Below are positions 44,368 through 53,729 of a DNA stretch of 64,000 nucleotides, one piece after another. The DNA lies in IMG/VR virus record IMGVR_UViG_2974793440_000001, positions 12,822 through 76,821 of that record; one strand, written 5' to 3'. The position numbers and the translations under genes were made by a program. The notes under the pieces were generated by a model, which saw only the letters and a list, made by a program, of their open reading frames with translations, made no database searches and was not told the DNA's origin. This DNA is from a virus (Duplodnaviria; Heunggongvirae; Uroviricota; Caudoviricetes; Thumleimavirales; Hafunaviridae). The stretch's first letter is position 1; each line of letters starts with the position of its first letter.

Positions 44368-44502
44368 CTACTCGTTCTTCATTTCGTACATCGTCTCCTC
44401 GTGTTCCAGCTCAGCCTGTCGCTGGAAGTAGCCGAACGCAACCACCGTAACCACGGTCACGAGGAACAGCCACAGAAGAATCAAGAAGACGACTTTGAAC
44501 AT
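44368..44502 (-). CDS. small single-pass membrane protein (44 aa), coupled downstream of the SPFH gene
   Basis: MFKVVFLILLWLFLVTVVTVVAFGYFQRQAELEHEETMYEMKNE; start 1 nt after the SPFH stop. Confidence 0.3.
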   Translation of the reverse strand: MFKVVFLILLWLFLVTVVTVVAFGYFQRQAELEHEETMYEMKNE

Positions 44503-44503
44503 C

Positions 44504-45379
44504 CTACTCGTCCTCGTCGTTCGTGTCCTTCACGAGAGTCGGAGTTTCGTCGGAGGGGAGGTAGATGGTCTTCCCGTCCGAGTTCTTGATTGCCTCGATG
44601 TAGCGAATCTGGATGAGTTCGGGGTTGTTACGAACGGACTCAGCGACGATGCGGTTCGCCTCTGCCTCACCGCGAGCCTTCTCGATTTCGGCGCGAGCTT
44701 CCTGCTTCGCCACCTCAACCTCGGCCTCAGCCTTCAGTTCGCGCTGTTGGGCGACCTCCTTCTCCGTGATGGAACGCTCGTAGGACTCAGGGAAGTTCAC
44801 CTTCGTAATCTGGACGGAATCCAGAACGAGGCCGGTGTCAGCGAACTTCTCCTCAAGCTGTTCCCGAGCGTCCATCGTAATCTCGGTCTGTCCCTGAGAC
44901 GTGTAGACCTCGCTCGTCGGCATACTGCCCGTGGTGACGAGCATCTGCTTGGCGAGCGTCGTCCGAATCATCCGCTTCTCAGCGTTCTCAAGAGTTCGGT
45001 AGTCCGTGTAGAAGTCAGTCACCGCCGCCGGGTCGTTCGGGAGCTGGTAGCGAACGGTCACGTCGAAGGTCGCCTCCACACCATCGGCGGTCTTCACCAC
45101 GATGGGGTCAGCGTAGTCCTTCGCGCCCTCTCCGGGGTTCGAGGTCATGGTGTACGCCTGCTGTCGGGTGGAGAGTTCCACCGTGTTGTGCTTGACCGGC
45201 GTAATCCAGTTCGCACCGGGCTGAAGAACCTCACCAGTTGCGTCACCCCACTCGGTGACGACCGCGACGTTTCCTTCCTCAACAGGCTCCCACGCCATCG
45301 CACCGACCGCACCGCTGGTGAGAAGGAGGAAAGCCATAGCGACTCCGATAGCCTTCAGTTTGAATGTAGTTAGTTCCAT
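44504..45379 (-). CDS. SPFH/band-7 (prohibitin/HflK-C-like) membrane protein
   Basis: Start reassigned to ATG 45379 (MELTTFKLKAIGVAMAFLLLTSG..., N-terminal TM); SPFH core then a charged coiled-coil 'EKEVAQQRELKAEAEVEVAKQEARAEIEKARGEAEANRIVAE'. Confidence 0.8.
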   Translation of the reverse strand: MELTTFKLKAIGVAMAFLLLTSGAVGAMAWEPVEEGNVAVVTEWGDATGEVLQPGANWITPVKHNTVELSTRQQAYTMTSNPGEGAKDYADPIVVKTADGVEATFDVTVRYQLPNDPAAVTDFYTDYRTLENAEKRMIRTTLAKQMLVTTGSMPTSEVYTSQGQTEITMDAREQLEEKFADTGLVLDSVQITKVNFPESYERSITEKEVAQQRELKAEAEVEVAKQEARAEIEKARGEAEANRIVAESVRNNPELIQIRYIEAIKNSDGKTIYLPSDETPTLVKDTNDEDE

Positions 45380-45564
45380 TTCGTAGATTTCTCTCTGGTC
45401 TGTTTCATAGGGCGATAAACCGCATCGAGTTGGGAGGAATCGAACCATCCCTCTATGCGAACCAGCAACTCGGAAAGGCCACCGCAGAGCAGTAGCTGGA
45501 CACCAACGAGTCAAACTATGACAGGATTCAGCCAAGCAAACGAGTCAAGGGGGCCACCGCGACC

Positions 45565-45621
45565 TCCTCACTCTAATAGACGGGAACTAAAGACTTAAAA
45601 ATACCGATTTGAGTCTTTAGG
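45565..45621 (-). promoter_or_regulatory. canonical promoter/leader element (copy upstream of the SPFH gene)
   Basis: CCTCACTCTAATAGACGGGAACTAAAGACTTAAAAATACC...GAGTCTTTAGG. Confidence 0.45.
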
Positions 45622-45673
45622 GAGAGACAAGCGATAGCAAAGACTTAAGCAAAGCAACTCCGTCTTTGTAGGC

Positions 45674-46225
45674 ATGGCTAAGACGAAGCACAAGAATCAG
45701 GAAAAAGTAGTCAAGTGTCCCGTGGAGGGGTGCGACCACGAGGGCCTATCCCGAGGGATGCACCTTCACGTTCGCCAATCGAGCGGTAACGGTCACGGGC
45801 CGAACGGGGATGTGCCGGACGGCTTAGATTTTAGTAATCTGGAAGTTGTGGGTACGAAAGAAGTTGAAATGGATTACCCGTCAGAACGGAAAGGAGAAGA
45901 CGTAGCCCGTCTCTGTCCCTTTTGCCGACGCCCGTTCAGCGGGTATCAGGGAGTGATGATTCACCTCGGGCAGATTCAGGGTAAAGAAAACCACCCCGAG
46001 GACGCGACCGAGCTGGTCGATAAGGGCGACTGCCCAGTTGCTCACGTTGATGAGAACCGGAACGTCGTTGAGGTTATTGAGGAAGGCGACCCCGACCTGA
46101 TGCCGTCCACGGAAGACCGGCGGGAAGGCTCTGTACCACGGGCCGACGTGATTGCCTACATCGAGTGGGCTGAATCCAACGACCACCTCACGGCGGCGAA
46201 CAAGGCCCGCGAGATGCTACTCTAA
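45674..46225 (+). CDS. C2H2-type zinc-finger protein
   Basis: 183 aa; 'CPVEGCDHEG...HLHV' and 'CPFCRRPF...IHL'. Confidence 0.5.
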   Translation: MAKTKHKNQEKVVKCPVEGCDHEGLSRGMHLHVRQSSGNGHGPNGDVPDGLDFSNLEVVGTKEVEMDYPSERKGEDVARLCPFCRRPFSGYQGVMIHLGQIQGKENHPEDATELVDKGDCPVAHVDENRNVVEVIEEGDPDLMPSTEDRREGSVPRADVIAYIEWAESNDHLTAANKAREMLL

Positions 46226-46716
46226 GTCTCGATTTCGTCGCGCCACTTATTCGAGAACGTCGTCGTCTCGTACTTCCACTTGTGGATAGACGGGTCTTTC
46301 CGATACATCCGATTCATCGCCTTCACTATTTCGTAGAAGCCCTGCTTCGACTGATGCTCTCCCTGAGCATACGCCGGGAGGATTTCGTCCACGAAGATTC
46401 CCACGACCTCGTGCTTCTGGACGATGTATGGGAAGAACGGCTCAAGGAACCGATGGATGTTGTCCGGCTCCGTGAGGTAGAACTCCATCGTCGTCCCCGT
46501 GTCGTTGTAGTTGTACCGAACGCCCTCATCGTGGCAGTATTCCTCGAACATTCCGAACACCGCCGTCTCCGGGTCGTTACGGCTCATCTTCACCCTCGGG
46601 GACATTTCGTACCCGAGCTTGTAGTCGTCGTCCTCTTTGATTTTCACACGGAATTGGCCGATTGAGTCAACCACTCCCGCGAGATACGCTACATCCTGCT
46701 CTTTCATACCACCCAC
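46222..46716 (-). CDS. hypothetical protein with degenerate LAGLIDADG-like motif
   Basis: 164 aa; 'YLAGVVDSIGQF' near the N-terminus, but the second acidic residue is replaced (I), so possibly inactive. Confidence 0.3.
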   Translation of the reverse strand: MGGMKEQDVAYLAGVVDSIGQFRVKIKEDDDYKLGYEMSPRVKMSRNDPETAVFGMFEEYCHDEGVRYNYNDTGTTMEFYLTEPDNIHRFLEPFFPYIVQKHEVVGIFVDEILPAYAQGEHQSKQGFYEIVKAMNRMYRKDPSIHKWKYETTTFSNKWRDEIET

Positions 46717-46774
46717 TTTCGGGGTGGCCTATGTTAATGCCGTCCATTGGTCTAACCTGTAAAGACTCATAATC

Positions 46775-46814
46775 GGTATCTTTAAGTCTTTAGTTCCCGT
46801 CTATTAGAGTGAGG
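46775..46814 (+). promoter_or_regulatory. canonical promoter/leader element (copy upstream of the 46999 gene, about 185-nt leader)
   Basis: GGTATCTTTAAGTCTTTAGTTCCCGTCTATTAGAGTGAGG. Confidence 0.45.
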
Positions 46815-46998
46815 AGTTCTTCCGAACGGACTACTAACCAGTATAGTACCTACTCTACTCTAACTACTCTGATAACACTCAGTTAGCTAAAGAGACTCGA
46901 TGTAGTAATCTACTATAAGTAATACACTTAGTAGTTATACTCTTAGTTATACTGTTAGGTCAGTTATCGGGGAACTCTACCCTCTGAGATGATTCTAA

Positions 46999-47478
46999 AT
47001 GGAAACCCTGACCGAGAAGCAACCACCTGACGTAATCACTCCCGACACCGAGAACGCAACGTACTTCGACCCGACCGAACGAAACGCCGATTCTGACAAA
47101 TTCAAGCGGCTGATGCTCTACAACCGGGGAACGTGGCTCGGCCCCGGCGAGGAAAACAAGAAGGTCACGCACAGACAGGACAACCTCGCTATCCTCGATT
47201 CCCTGAGCGGCCAACTCGAACTAACTCCCTTCCAGAAGGGGAAAGCCCGACGAATCTATGATGCTCTCGACCTACAAGACCTCGGCAAGCCTGCTTGTCT
47301 CGTTGCTTTCGGCGTTTGCGCTCTCGTTGCTAACGACGACGTTCACGACGGGACTCGCTACTGGCCGACCGCCAACGACACCTGCGAGCTGTTCGAGAAC
47401 ATCGCTGGCAACCTCGGGTTCACGGAGAATCAACAGCTCAGTATCATCCTCACCATCGACCACCGGAGGCCGGAATGA
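46999..47478 (+). CDS. hypothetical protein
   Basis: 159 aa. Confidence 0.35.
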   Translation: METLTEKQPPDVITPDTENATYFDPTERNADSDKFKRLMLYNRGTWLGPGEENKKVTHRQDNLAILDSLSGQLELTPFQKGKARRIYDALDLQDLGKPACLVAFGVCALVANDDVHDGTRYWPTANDTCELFENIAGNLGFTENQQLSIILTIDHRRPE

Positions 47479-47939
47479 GCGAGTTTACGATTCTCCGCGA
47501 TACTCGGGAACACGAGGGCCACGGTTACTGGTTCGAGGACTACCCCGTGGAAGTGAAGGAGAAGAAGCTCCGCACCGGAGACTACGCCGTAGAGGAACTG
47601 GGCTACTACGGGAAGCACGGAACCTATGTCCCGCCGTTCGCCGTCGAACGGAAGGCGAAGGGTGACTTCCTTAACTCCATCACTCACGAACGCGACCGCT
47701 TCGAGCGGGAGTTGAAGCGAGCCGACGATTGGGAAGCCCCGATGCCGGTCGTGGTCGAAGCTCCGTGGCTCGATTTCACGCAGGGCAATTACTGGCGTAA
47801 CATCAATCCCAACTCCATCATTGGGACGGTCGAAAAGTGGCCGGGCTACTACAATGTGGACTTCTTCTTCAAGCCGACCGATACTGACGCAGAGAGATTC
47901 ACCTACGAGTTCCTCAAGTGGTGGAACAATCGAGGGTGA
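47475..47939 (+). CDS. ERCC4-type (XPF/Hef/Mus81-like) nuclease domain protein
   Basis: 154 aa; 'ILRDTREHEG...LRTGDYAV...FAVERKAKGDFLNSI' matches the ERCC4 signature (RE...GDY...ERK..D). Confidence 0.55.
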   Translation: MSEFTILRDTREHEGHGYWFEDYPVEVKEKKLRTGDYAVEELGYYGKHGTYVPPFAVERKAKGDFLNSITHERDRFERELKRADDWEAPMPVVVEAPWLDFTQGNYWRNINPNSIIGTVEKWPGYYNVDFFFKPTDTDAERFTYEFLKWWNNRG

Positions 47940-48236
47940 ACGTGACCACCTCTGCCGACGAGTTTCTGCTCAAGCGTAATCGAATTACGATGCCGTAAAA
48001 GGCGCGTTTGACATTCTATGCCGCTACCATTCGGTGACTGTTCGTTTATCATACGTGGATAACTCAACGACCTTTCCAAGATGCAAGATTACTCGGTCGG
48101 TCGAACTCAACTTCACGCGGAGAACAAAGGGGGAGCGCGGGACGTTGTATAGCTTCTTTCTGGTGCTGTGCAACTCTTGGTCGATGAAAGTAGACATTTG
48201 GTGTTTGTCGTTCTGTGCAATCGGAAGGCAGTACCC

Positions 48237-48437
48237 CTACGCTCGAAGAACGTCAGACTGCGCGGCTTCGAGCGCAGAGACGGCCTCATCGAGATAATCT
48301 TCAGCGGCGTAACCAGCTATCTCGTCGTGACCTCTCACAAGGGAGAGAGCGTCAATAACATCTGAGAAGAAATCCGCTACGTTTTCAGTATCCTGTTCAT
48401 CCACATCGAGTCCTGTTACTTTTGCCTGAATTTCCAT
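48237..48437 (-). CDS. hypothetical acidic protein
   Basis: 66 aa. Confidence 0.3.
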   Translation of the reverse strand: MEIQAKVTGLDVDEQDTENVADFFSDVIDALSLVRGHDEIAGYAAEDYLDEAVSALEAAQSDVLRA

Positions 48438-48460
48438 CTAATCCGTTGTCACTCAGAGAA

Positions 48461-48610
48461 GCTTCTCATTTTCCAGTTGCTTCTCAAGTTTTGCGCGTCG
48501 GTCTTCGTTGCGCTTCTCCGAGATTTCCTTCTGAAGAAGGAACACGGGAAGGAGTGCGACTACCACGAGGAACATCGCCCCGAATACAGCGAGGCCAGCC
48601 ATCACGTCAC
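48461..48610 (-). CDS. small membrane protein (49 aa)
   Basis: MAGLAVFGAMFLVVVALLPVFLLQKEISEKRNEDRRAKLEKQLENEKLL; not in the ORF track. Confidence 0.25.
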
Positions 48611-48954
48611 TCACGGTTTTCAGACACCCACGTTATTGCCGTGCCGAGGGCGCTCATCATCTCCATGAAATATGGCCCGGTCTGTTGAGGGAAGACGGGG
48701 TAGCCGTCCTCGATATACTCGTCGGGAGTCCCCTCGTTCACTATCTCGAACTCTCGAACGACGATGTTGTATCCCTCGTCGGGGTCGTCGTTCTCAGGGT
48801 ACACCTCCACTTCAACGCACTTCTCGTAGTTGACGAGCCGGAAGTCGTATCCCCCGGTGGCCCCGCTGATTGGGACGTACTCCCAATCGTACTTCGTGAG
48901 GTCGGGGCCGACGTGGTTGCCGGTCGTGTCTGTCTTGACCGCCACTACAACCAC
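48607..48954 (-). CDS. hypothetical protein
   Basis: 115 aa. Confidence 0.3.
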   Translation of the reverse strand: MVVVAVKTDTTGNHVGPDLTKYDWEYVPISGATGGYDFRLVNYEKCVEVEVYPENDDPDEGYNIVVREFEIVNEGTPDEYIEDGYPVFPQQTGPYFMEMMSALGTAITWVSENRE

Positions 48955-49241
48955 CCGAGGTCTTCCGCAATATCCCTCCCGACCCTCGCCTTTCGGTCAG
49001 CGGCGTACTCATCCCCCTCGATGCTTTCGACCGCCGCGAGCCACGCTTGTCGGGCTTTCTCCTCGGGAATTACGGAGTGGGCGTTGCCCAAGTCCAGTTC
49101 CCGAACGTAGTAGTCGTAAGTCTCTGCTATCTCGGTGGACTCGTCGCCCGTGTTCGGAGAGAATCCCGCCGCGACCGCCGGGCAACAGCATCCACCAATC
49201 GTGTCCTTTCCGTAAGCGAAGTTCTTGTTTTGCGTACTCAT
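48945..49241 (-). CDS. hypothetical protein
   Basis: 98 aa. Confidence 0.3.
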   Translation of the reverse strand: MSTQNKNFAYGKDTIGGCCCPAVAAGFSPNTGDESTEIAETYDYYVRELDLGNAHSVIPEEKARQAWLAAVESIEGDEYAADRKARVGRDIAEDLGWL

Positions 49242-49762
49242 TGTTTGTAGACGACCTCGTACTTGTTACCGACTCGAACCCGAACGTACCCGTCACCGTA
49301 GTCGTTCGGCGGGTCAACGTCCAGAAGCTCGATTTCCTCGAAGTCCGTGATTTCCACGGCCACCAGAGCGTCCTCGTACAGCCGCTCGATGAAGCCCCAC
49401 TCGTTGTGGTGGTCTTCTTCCGACGCGAGGTAAGTCACGTCCGGCTCACCGTCGCGGAGCAGAATCACGCGCTCCACGTCGCACCGGAACCACCGGGTTT
49501 CCTCACACTCCCACCCCTCGCCGTAGCGACCTTCCGCATAGCCGCAGGCTTCGTGGAACATCGCCGCTCCATCCTCGAAGATGGGGCCTTCGGTGTCCCA
49601 CCACTCGTGTTCGTGGGAGTGGTCAGGCTGATTGTAGGGCGCTCGGGGGTCGTTCGCCGCCCCCGGTGGGTAGTTCCAGCCGAATTTCCCCATTAGTCTG
49701 AACACCTCGGACAACTTCGGCGGCTTCCGGGGACGGCTGGCTCCCTCCATGTGAACCCGCAA
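49238..49762 (-). CDS. hypothetical protein
   Basis: 174 aa. Confidence 0.35.
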   Translation of the reverse strand: MRVHMEGASRPRKPPKLSEVFRLMGKFGWNYPPGAANDPRAPYNQPDHSHEHEWWDTEGPIFEDGAAMFHEACGYAEGRYGEGWECEETRWFRCDVERVILLRDGEPDVTYLASEEDHHNEWGFIERLYEDALVAVEITDFEEIELLDVDPPNDYGDGYVRVRVGNKYEVVYKQ

Positions 49763-49795
49763 CTGAAACAGCGGCGCTCTCGGTCGTTCGGGTTG

Positions 49796-50137
49796 TTACT
49801 CCGCATTAGTCACCTCCGCTCGGGGCGTCGAGGACGGCCCGTAGCTCAGGATAGCCGAGAACGAGAGGGACTTTCGCTGACCACGATTCAGGTCGTGCTT
49901 CTCGGCGTGTTTCTCGACGATTTCTGTCTGCCGGTCGCCATCGAGGTAGTGTTCCGAGTACCACCCGGAACCGTACTCGTCGGGGTTTTCCAGCACATCA
50001 TCGAAATCGAGGGGCGGTTCTGCCTCCGCGTACATCTCACGGAGAACATCGTTGAGGACTTCTCGTAGGTTTGTCATAGGCTGAATCGCTCGTTCCACCG
50101 GGGATTGTCCATGAACGTCGTACCACAGTCGGGACAC
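49796..50137 (-). CDS. hypothetical protein
   Basis: 113 aa. Confidence 0.3.
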   Translation of the reverse strand: MSRLWYDVHGQSPVERAIQPMTNLREVLNDVLREMYAEAEPPLDFDDVLENPDEYGSGWYSEHYLDGDRQTEIVEKHAEKHDLNRGQRKSLSFSAILSYGPSSTPRAEVTNAE

Positions 50138-50214
50138 TCGAACGTCGTCTCACGTCCGTCCTGTAACACGGCTGTACCGGGGCAGTTGACGCAGGAGCGT
50201 GTCTCTGCCATCAC

Positions 50215-50634
50215 TTACTTGTAGACGACCGGGGCGATTGCGAGGTACTTCTCGGAGTCCTCGGGCTTCACCACGAGAATGAAGTTCCACTCGGGGTGGA
50301 TGAACAGCGCCTCCGTGTTCTCCCGAAGGTTCACGTCGAAGAACTCCTCGGCGTGGTCGAAGTAGGAGAACTGAACGCGAGTCTTCTTGCTCTCGTCGCC
50401 CTCCTCGGGGTAGAGGTCAACGTAGTGGCCGTTGTCCGTTCGCTGAACGTCCACCGGGTGTTCCGACGCGAGCTGGTAGTCCCACGTAATGTGGCTGTTC
50501 TTCTCCCTCAGGTCGTCGCCGTAGGTTCCAAGACAGACCGTGTTCTCCTCATTCTGAATTGCTCCATCGAGGTCGCTTCCACGACCGAATATCTCCTCGA
50601 ACTTTTCCTCATCTTCCGTAGTGGCAACACTCAT
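50215..50634 (-). CDS. hypothetical protein
   Basis: 139 aa. Confidence 0.35.
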   Translation of the reverse strand: MSVATTEDEEKFEEIFGRGSDLDGAIQNEENTVCLGTYGDDLREKNSHITWDYQLASEHPVDVQRTDNGHYVDLYPEEGDESKKTRVQFSYFDHAEEFFDVNLRENTEALFIHPEWNFILVVKPEDSEKYLAIAPVVYK

Positions 50635-50636
50635 TA

Positions 50637-51062
50637 TTACTTCTCTGAGTCTTTATCTCGAAGTTCGTACAACGTCTTCACGAACTCGGTCATTTCCTCG
50701 AAGCTACTCCGTTCGACCTTCTCGCCGTCGTAGTAGGCGGATTGATTGTCTCGAATTATATCGAGGCAGTCGTCACACAGACCGTTCCGGGGGCCGGGCG
50801 TCTCGTTGCCGCAGACCTCGTAGTATTCACACTCCCAATCCTCAGGTTGGGGTTCCCGCTGAGTTGAGCTGTGCTTCGTGTGGGTCGTATCGACTCCGAG
50901 CTTATCCATCCAGTAGGAGATTGTCCCGGCGGAACAGCCGAGTTCGTCTCCCATCTCGGACTGGTCAAGCCCTTTGTCGTGGTACATCTCGCGGAGAACT
51001 TCCGCGTCCTTCCACGGTTCTTTGTCAGGGATTTCCGCCCCGAAGTCAGCGAGCGTACTCAT
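50637..51062 (-). CDS. HTH-domain protein with C-terminal Cys cluster; N-terminal domain paralogous to the HNH ORF's N-terminus
   Basis: 141 aa; 'KEPWKDAEVLREMYHDKGLDQSEMGDELGCSAGTISYWMDKLG' vs 'RPWQDEETLREKYSTHRSCRKVAADLGCSKETIRYWMEKFG'; 'CEYYEVCGNE...CDDC'. Confidence 0.4.
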   Translation of the reverse strand: MSTLADFGAEIPDKEPWKDAEVLREMYHDKGLDQSEMGDELGCSAGTISYWMDKLGVDTTHTKHSSTQREPQPEDWECEYYEVCGNETPGPRNGLCDDCLDIIRDNQSAYYDGEKVERSSFEEMTEFVKTLYELRDKDSEK

Positions 51063-51209
51063 TTTATGATGCCGTGTTCATCGGATTCATCCCCTCGTTT
51101 CCCTCCATCCAGAAGATAGGAAAGGGGTGAGTCGGGAGTAACAATTCGGGAGGACATACCGAAGCTAATTGCTTCGGGTTCAACCCCGGTTCTTTCGGAG
51201 CGCGACAAC

Positions 51210-51476
51210 TTACCACCAGCCCTCGAATCCCATCACTTGACGGGCGAGATTGTCGATTGAATCCCGACCGCTGAGGAAAAGGACGTTCGACACCATCTGC
51301 TTGATAGCATCGAGGCGGGGGAATCGGACGTTCCGAATCTCCATCCACTTGTTCACGACCGACCGGATAGACCGGGCGGAGTCGTAGAACGCCGTCACCA
51401 GCTCAGCCGAGAACTGACGGGCGAGGTTCCACGCTTCGAGCTGTTCGAGGTAGCGTCCGTGAAGGCCGTTGTTCAT
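51210..51476 (-). CDS. hypothetical protein (88 aa from the internal ATG)
   Basis: ATGA overlap with the upstream gene. Confidence 0.3.
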   Translation of the reverse strand: MNNGLHGRYLEQLEAWNLARQFSAELVTAFYDSARSIRSVVNKWMEIRNVRFPRLDAIKQMVSNVLFLSGRDSIDNLARQVMGFEGWW

Positions 51477-51883
51477 ACCCGCACCTCCGGGGCGTGTTCG
51501 GGCCGAGTCGCGTTGATGCGGTACTCTCCGAAGACTTCGAGTAGGACTGCTTGGTTGTTGTAGTCGGCGCGGCTCCACGCTTGGTACAGGTGGCCGTCCC
51601 ACAGCGCCGTGAAGAAGTGGCCGCCGTAGGGAGTGAACTCCTCAGCGTTCTCCTCGGTGAGCGCCGGGCCAACGTAGTCGGTTCCCCGGACGTACTTCTT
51701 GACTTCTACGAGAGCGGAGTTACGGGTCACGGCCTTGCCGTCGTCTCGTCCCCGCTCCATATTCTCGATGTTGAACTCACACACCTCGATGAGTCGTTCG
51801 TCGGCTCCGGCCCACCGGAGTAGGCGTCGTTCGTGGTCGGTCAGGTCAGGCGTCGGGTCGGTGAAGTCGGTTAGTTCTGTCAT
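51473..51883 (-). CDS. hypothetical acidic protein
   Basis: 136 aa. Confidence 0.35.
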   Translation of the reverse strand: MTELTDFTDPTPDLTDHERRLLRWAGADERLIEVCEFNIENMERGRDDGKAVTRNSALVEVKKYVRGTDYVGPALTEENAEEFTPYGGHFFTALWDGHLYQAWSRADYNNQAVLLEVFGEYRINATRPEHAPEVRV

Positions 51884-51932
51884 TTCTTATGTTCCTCTAA
51901 GACTCAGAGCAGTATCTATAAGTCTTTATCGC

Positions 51933-53729
51933 TTATCGCCACGGTGCGGCTTCCGAATCGTTCCAATGCTCCGGGGGTTCATCCCGAATCGCCTCGGTGA
52001 ACCACTCCGGCGGCTTCGTCCTGTTCATCAGTTTGTTGAACGCCCCGTCGATGACGTAGTACGACGCGGCTTCACTCGGTTCGGGGCCACGAACAGCGCG
52101 ACCCACGGACTGCTGAACATCGAGGGAAGCGGATTCCATATACCACTTCCAGTCGTTCCGCTCATCGAGCAGGTAGGACACCCGGCTATCCCCGAGGTAC
52201 GGGTAGGGAACCTTCAAGAGAACCTGCCACCGGCAACGGTCGCCGTAGAGGTCAACGCCCTCCATCATCGACGGGGAGATGAGAATGTCCTTGTCGGAGT
52301 TAACCCACTCCTCAATCATCTCCTCCTTGTCCTTCTCTTGGTCTTGAACGATAGCGTTCTCACTCCCAAGAGACGCGCCAAGCTTCTCCGCTCGCTTGTA
52401 GGAGTTCGTGTGAATCAGCCCCTTCTCGCCTTCGTGGTGAGAATTGATTTCACGAATCGTCCTCACGACCTTGTTCCAGTTGCGTTCCTCTCCGTCCCCA
52501 CTCATCGAGCCGACGATAGTGTTCGTGTGAATCAGTCGGTGGGATTCGGGGAACGGCATCGTCCGGCTGATGAGCTTCGTAGAACCTTCGAGGCCAATCC
52601 GGTCGGCCCACTCCGCAATGTCCTCCCGGTACGGAATCGTCGCGGAGGAAATCACTCGCTTCCGACCGCGACTCCAAATGAACCGTTCGAGGAACTTGTC
52701 CACGTCCACCGGGCTGACGACCATCTTCTTCTGGTGGGACTTCCCGAACTTGCTCACCGTGACAGTCCACGGGCGGTCTTCCTTCACTTCGCGGTGACAG
52801 TATTCGACCTTCTTAATGAAGTCCTTACATTGGTCAACCTCAGCCTGCCGGTTCGGGGCCTCCTCGTGGCGGTCTACGAAGTTCGTCGCCCTCTCGTAGA
52901 GGCTGTTGAGGATGGGCGTAATGTCCTCGAACCGCTCAAAGTCCCACGAAATCCGGTCGCCCGTGTTCCGGTAGACCTCGTTCGGGAGAACCCACGGCGA
53001 GATAGTGAACCCCGCGAACAGCGAAGCCACTTGGCTCTCAAGCCCGTGGCCTTCGTCCACAATCACGAGGTCGCGGTTATCGAAGGAAATCTGTTCCTCC
53101 TGAACCTGATTCACCATAATCGTCGTCGGGAGGTAGTTGTCCACGACGAGCATAGCGAACGTGAGTGCCGCTATGTCGGCGTCCATCGCTCGGGCCTTCG
53201 CTCGCCAGTAGGTACACCCGGCGATAGTTCGGCAGGACTCTCCCTCCGTCTCGTCGGCCAGCGTACAATCCTTACAGTTGTCGCCGCTCGCCCCGCAGAT
53301 GTAGTCCTGCCGGGACTTCAGCATCGTGACGTATTCCTGAAGGTCAACGTCGTTGGCGAGCTGGTTTCGGAGTTGCTTCTGTGGGGTCGTGTAGAACGAT
53401 TTGCCCCCGTCGATGCCGTAGAGCTTGTAGTTGAAGTGGTCTTCAATCCGGCTCTTGTTCTTAGCGAGGTGGGAAACCACCCGGCCAAGCGTCACGTTGA
53501 TAGGAGACTTCCCAATCCCGGTGGGGCCGTCGATTACGACGTTCGTGTGACCGTCGATGAACAGGGCTTCGAGAGCATCCTTTAGGATTTCATCTTGGTA
53601 GTCACGGTAGCCGGGGAAGGGGAACAGGTCGTCAGCGAGGTCGAATAGGTATTCGCGGAGTCCGTCCCGGTTCCTCGAATAGTTAGCTAACGGTTCTACT
53701 CTCTGGTTCTGGATTGCTGTTGTGGACAT
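51933..53729 (-). CDS. XPD/Rad3/DinG-like Fe-S DNA helicase
   Basis: 598 aa; Walker A 'IDGPTGIGKSP', DEAH-like 'VIVDEGHGLE', Fe-S Cys cluster 'CGASGDNCKDCTL...CRTIAGCTYW'. Confidence 0.8.
   Translation of the reverse strand: MSTTAIQNQRVEPLANYSRNRDGLREYLFDLADDLFPFPGYRDYQDEILKDALEALFIDGHTNVVIDGPTGIGKSPINVTLGRVVSHLAKNKSRIEDHFNYKLYGIDGGKSFYTTPQKQLRNQLANDVDLQEYVTMLKSRQDYICGASGDNCKDCTLADETEGESCRTIAGCTYWRAKARAMDADIAALTFAMLVVDNYLPTTIMVNQVQEEQISFDNRDLVIVDEGHGLESQVASLFAGFTISPWVLPNEVYRNTGDRISWDFERFEDITPILNSLYERATNFVDRHEEAPNRQAEVDQCKDFIKKVEYCHREVKEDRPWTVTVSKFGKSHQKKMVVSPVDVDKFLERFIWSRGRKRVISSATIPYREDIAEWADRIGLEGSTKLISRTMPFPESHRLIHTNTIVGSMSGDGEERNWNKVVRTIREINSHHEGEKGLIHTNSYKRAEKLGASLGSENAIVQDQEKDKEEMIEEWVNSDKDILISPSMMEGVDLYGDRCRWQVLLKVPYPYLGDSRVSYLLDERNDWKWYMESASLDVQQSVGRAVRGPEPSEAASYYVIDGAFNKLMNRTKPPEWFTEAIRDEPPEHWNDSEAAPWR

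Noticed and set aside
46222-46716. Confident call of an active LAGLIDADG homing endonuclease
   Set aside because: The motif LAGVVDSIG lacks the second conserved acidic residue, so it is kept as low-confidence or degenerate.
50637-50660. TAAAGACTC promoter-like motif at 50645-50655
   Set aside because: It lies inside the last codons of ORF 50637-51062 (the two genes are only 3 nt apart). It may still act as an internal promoter, but cannot be separated from coding constraint.
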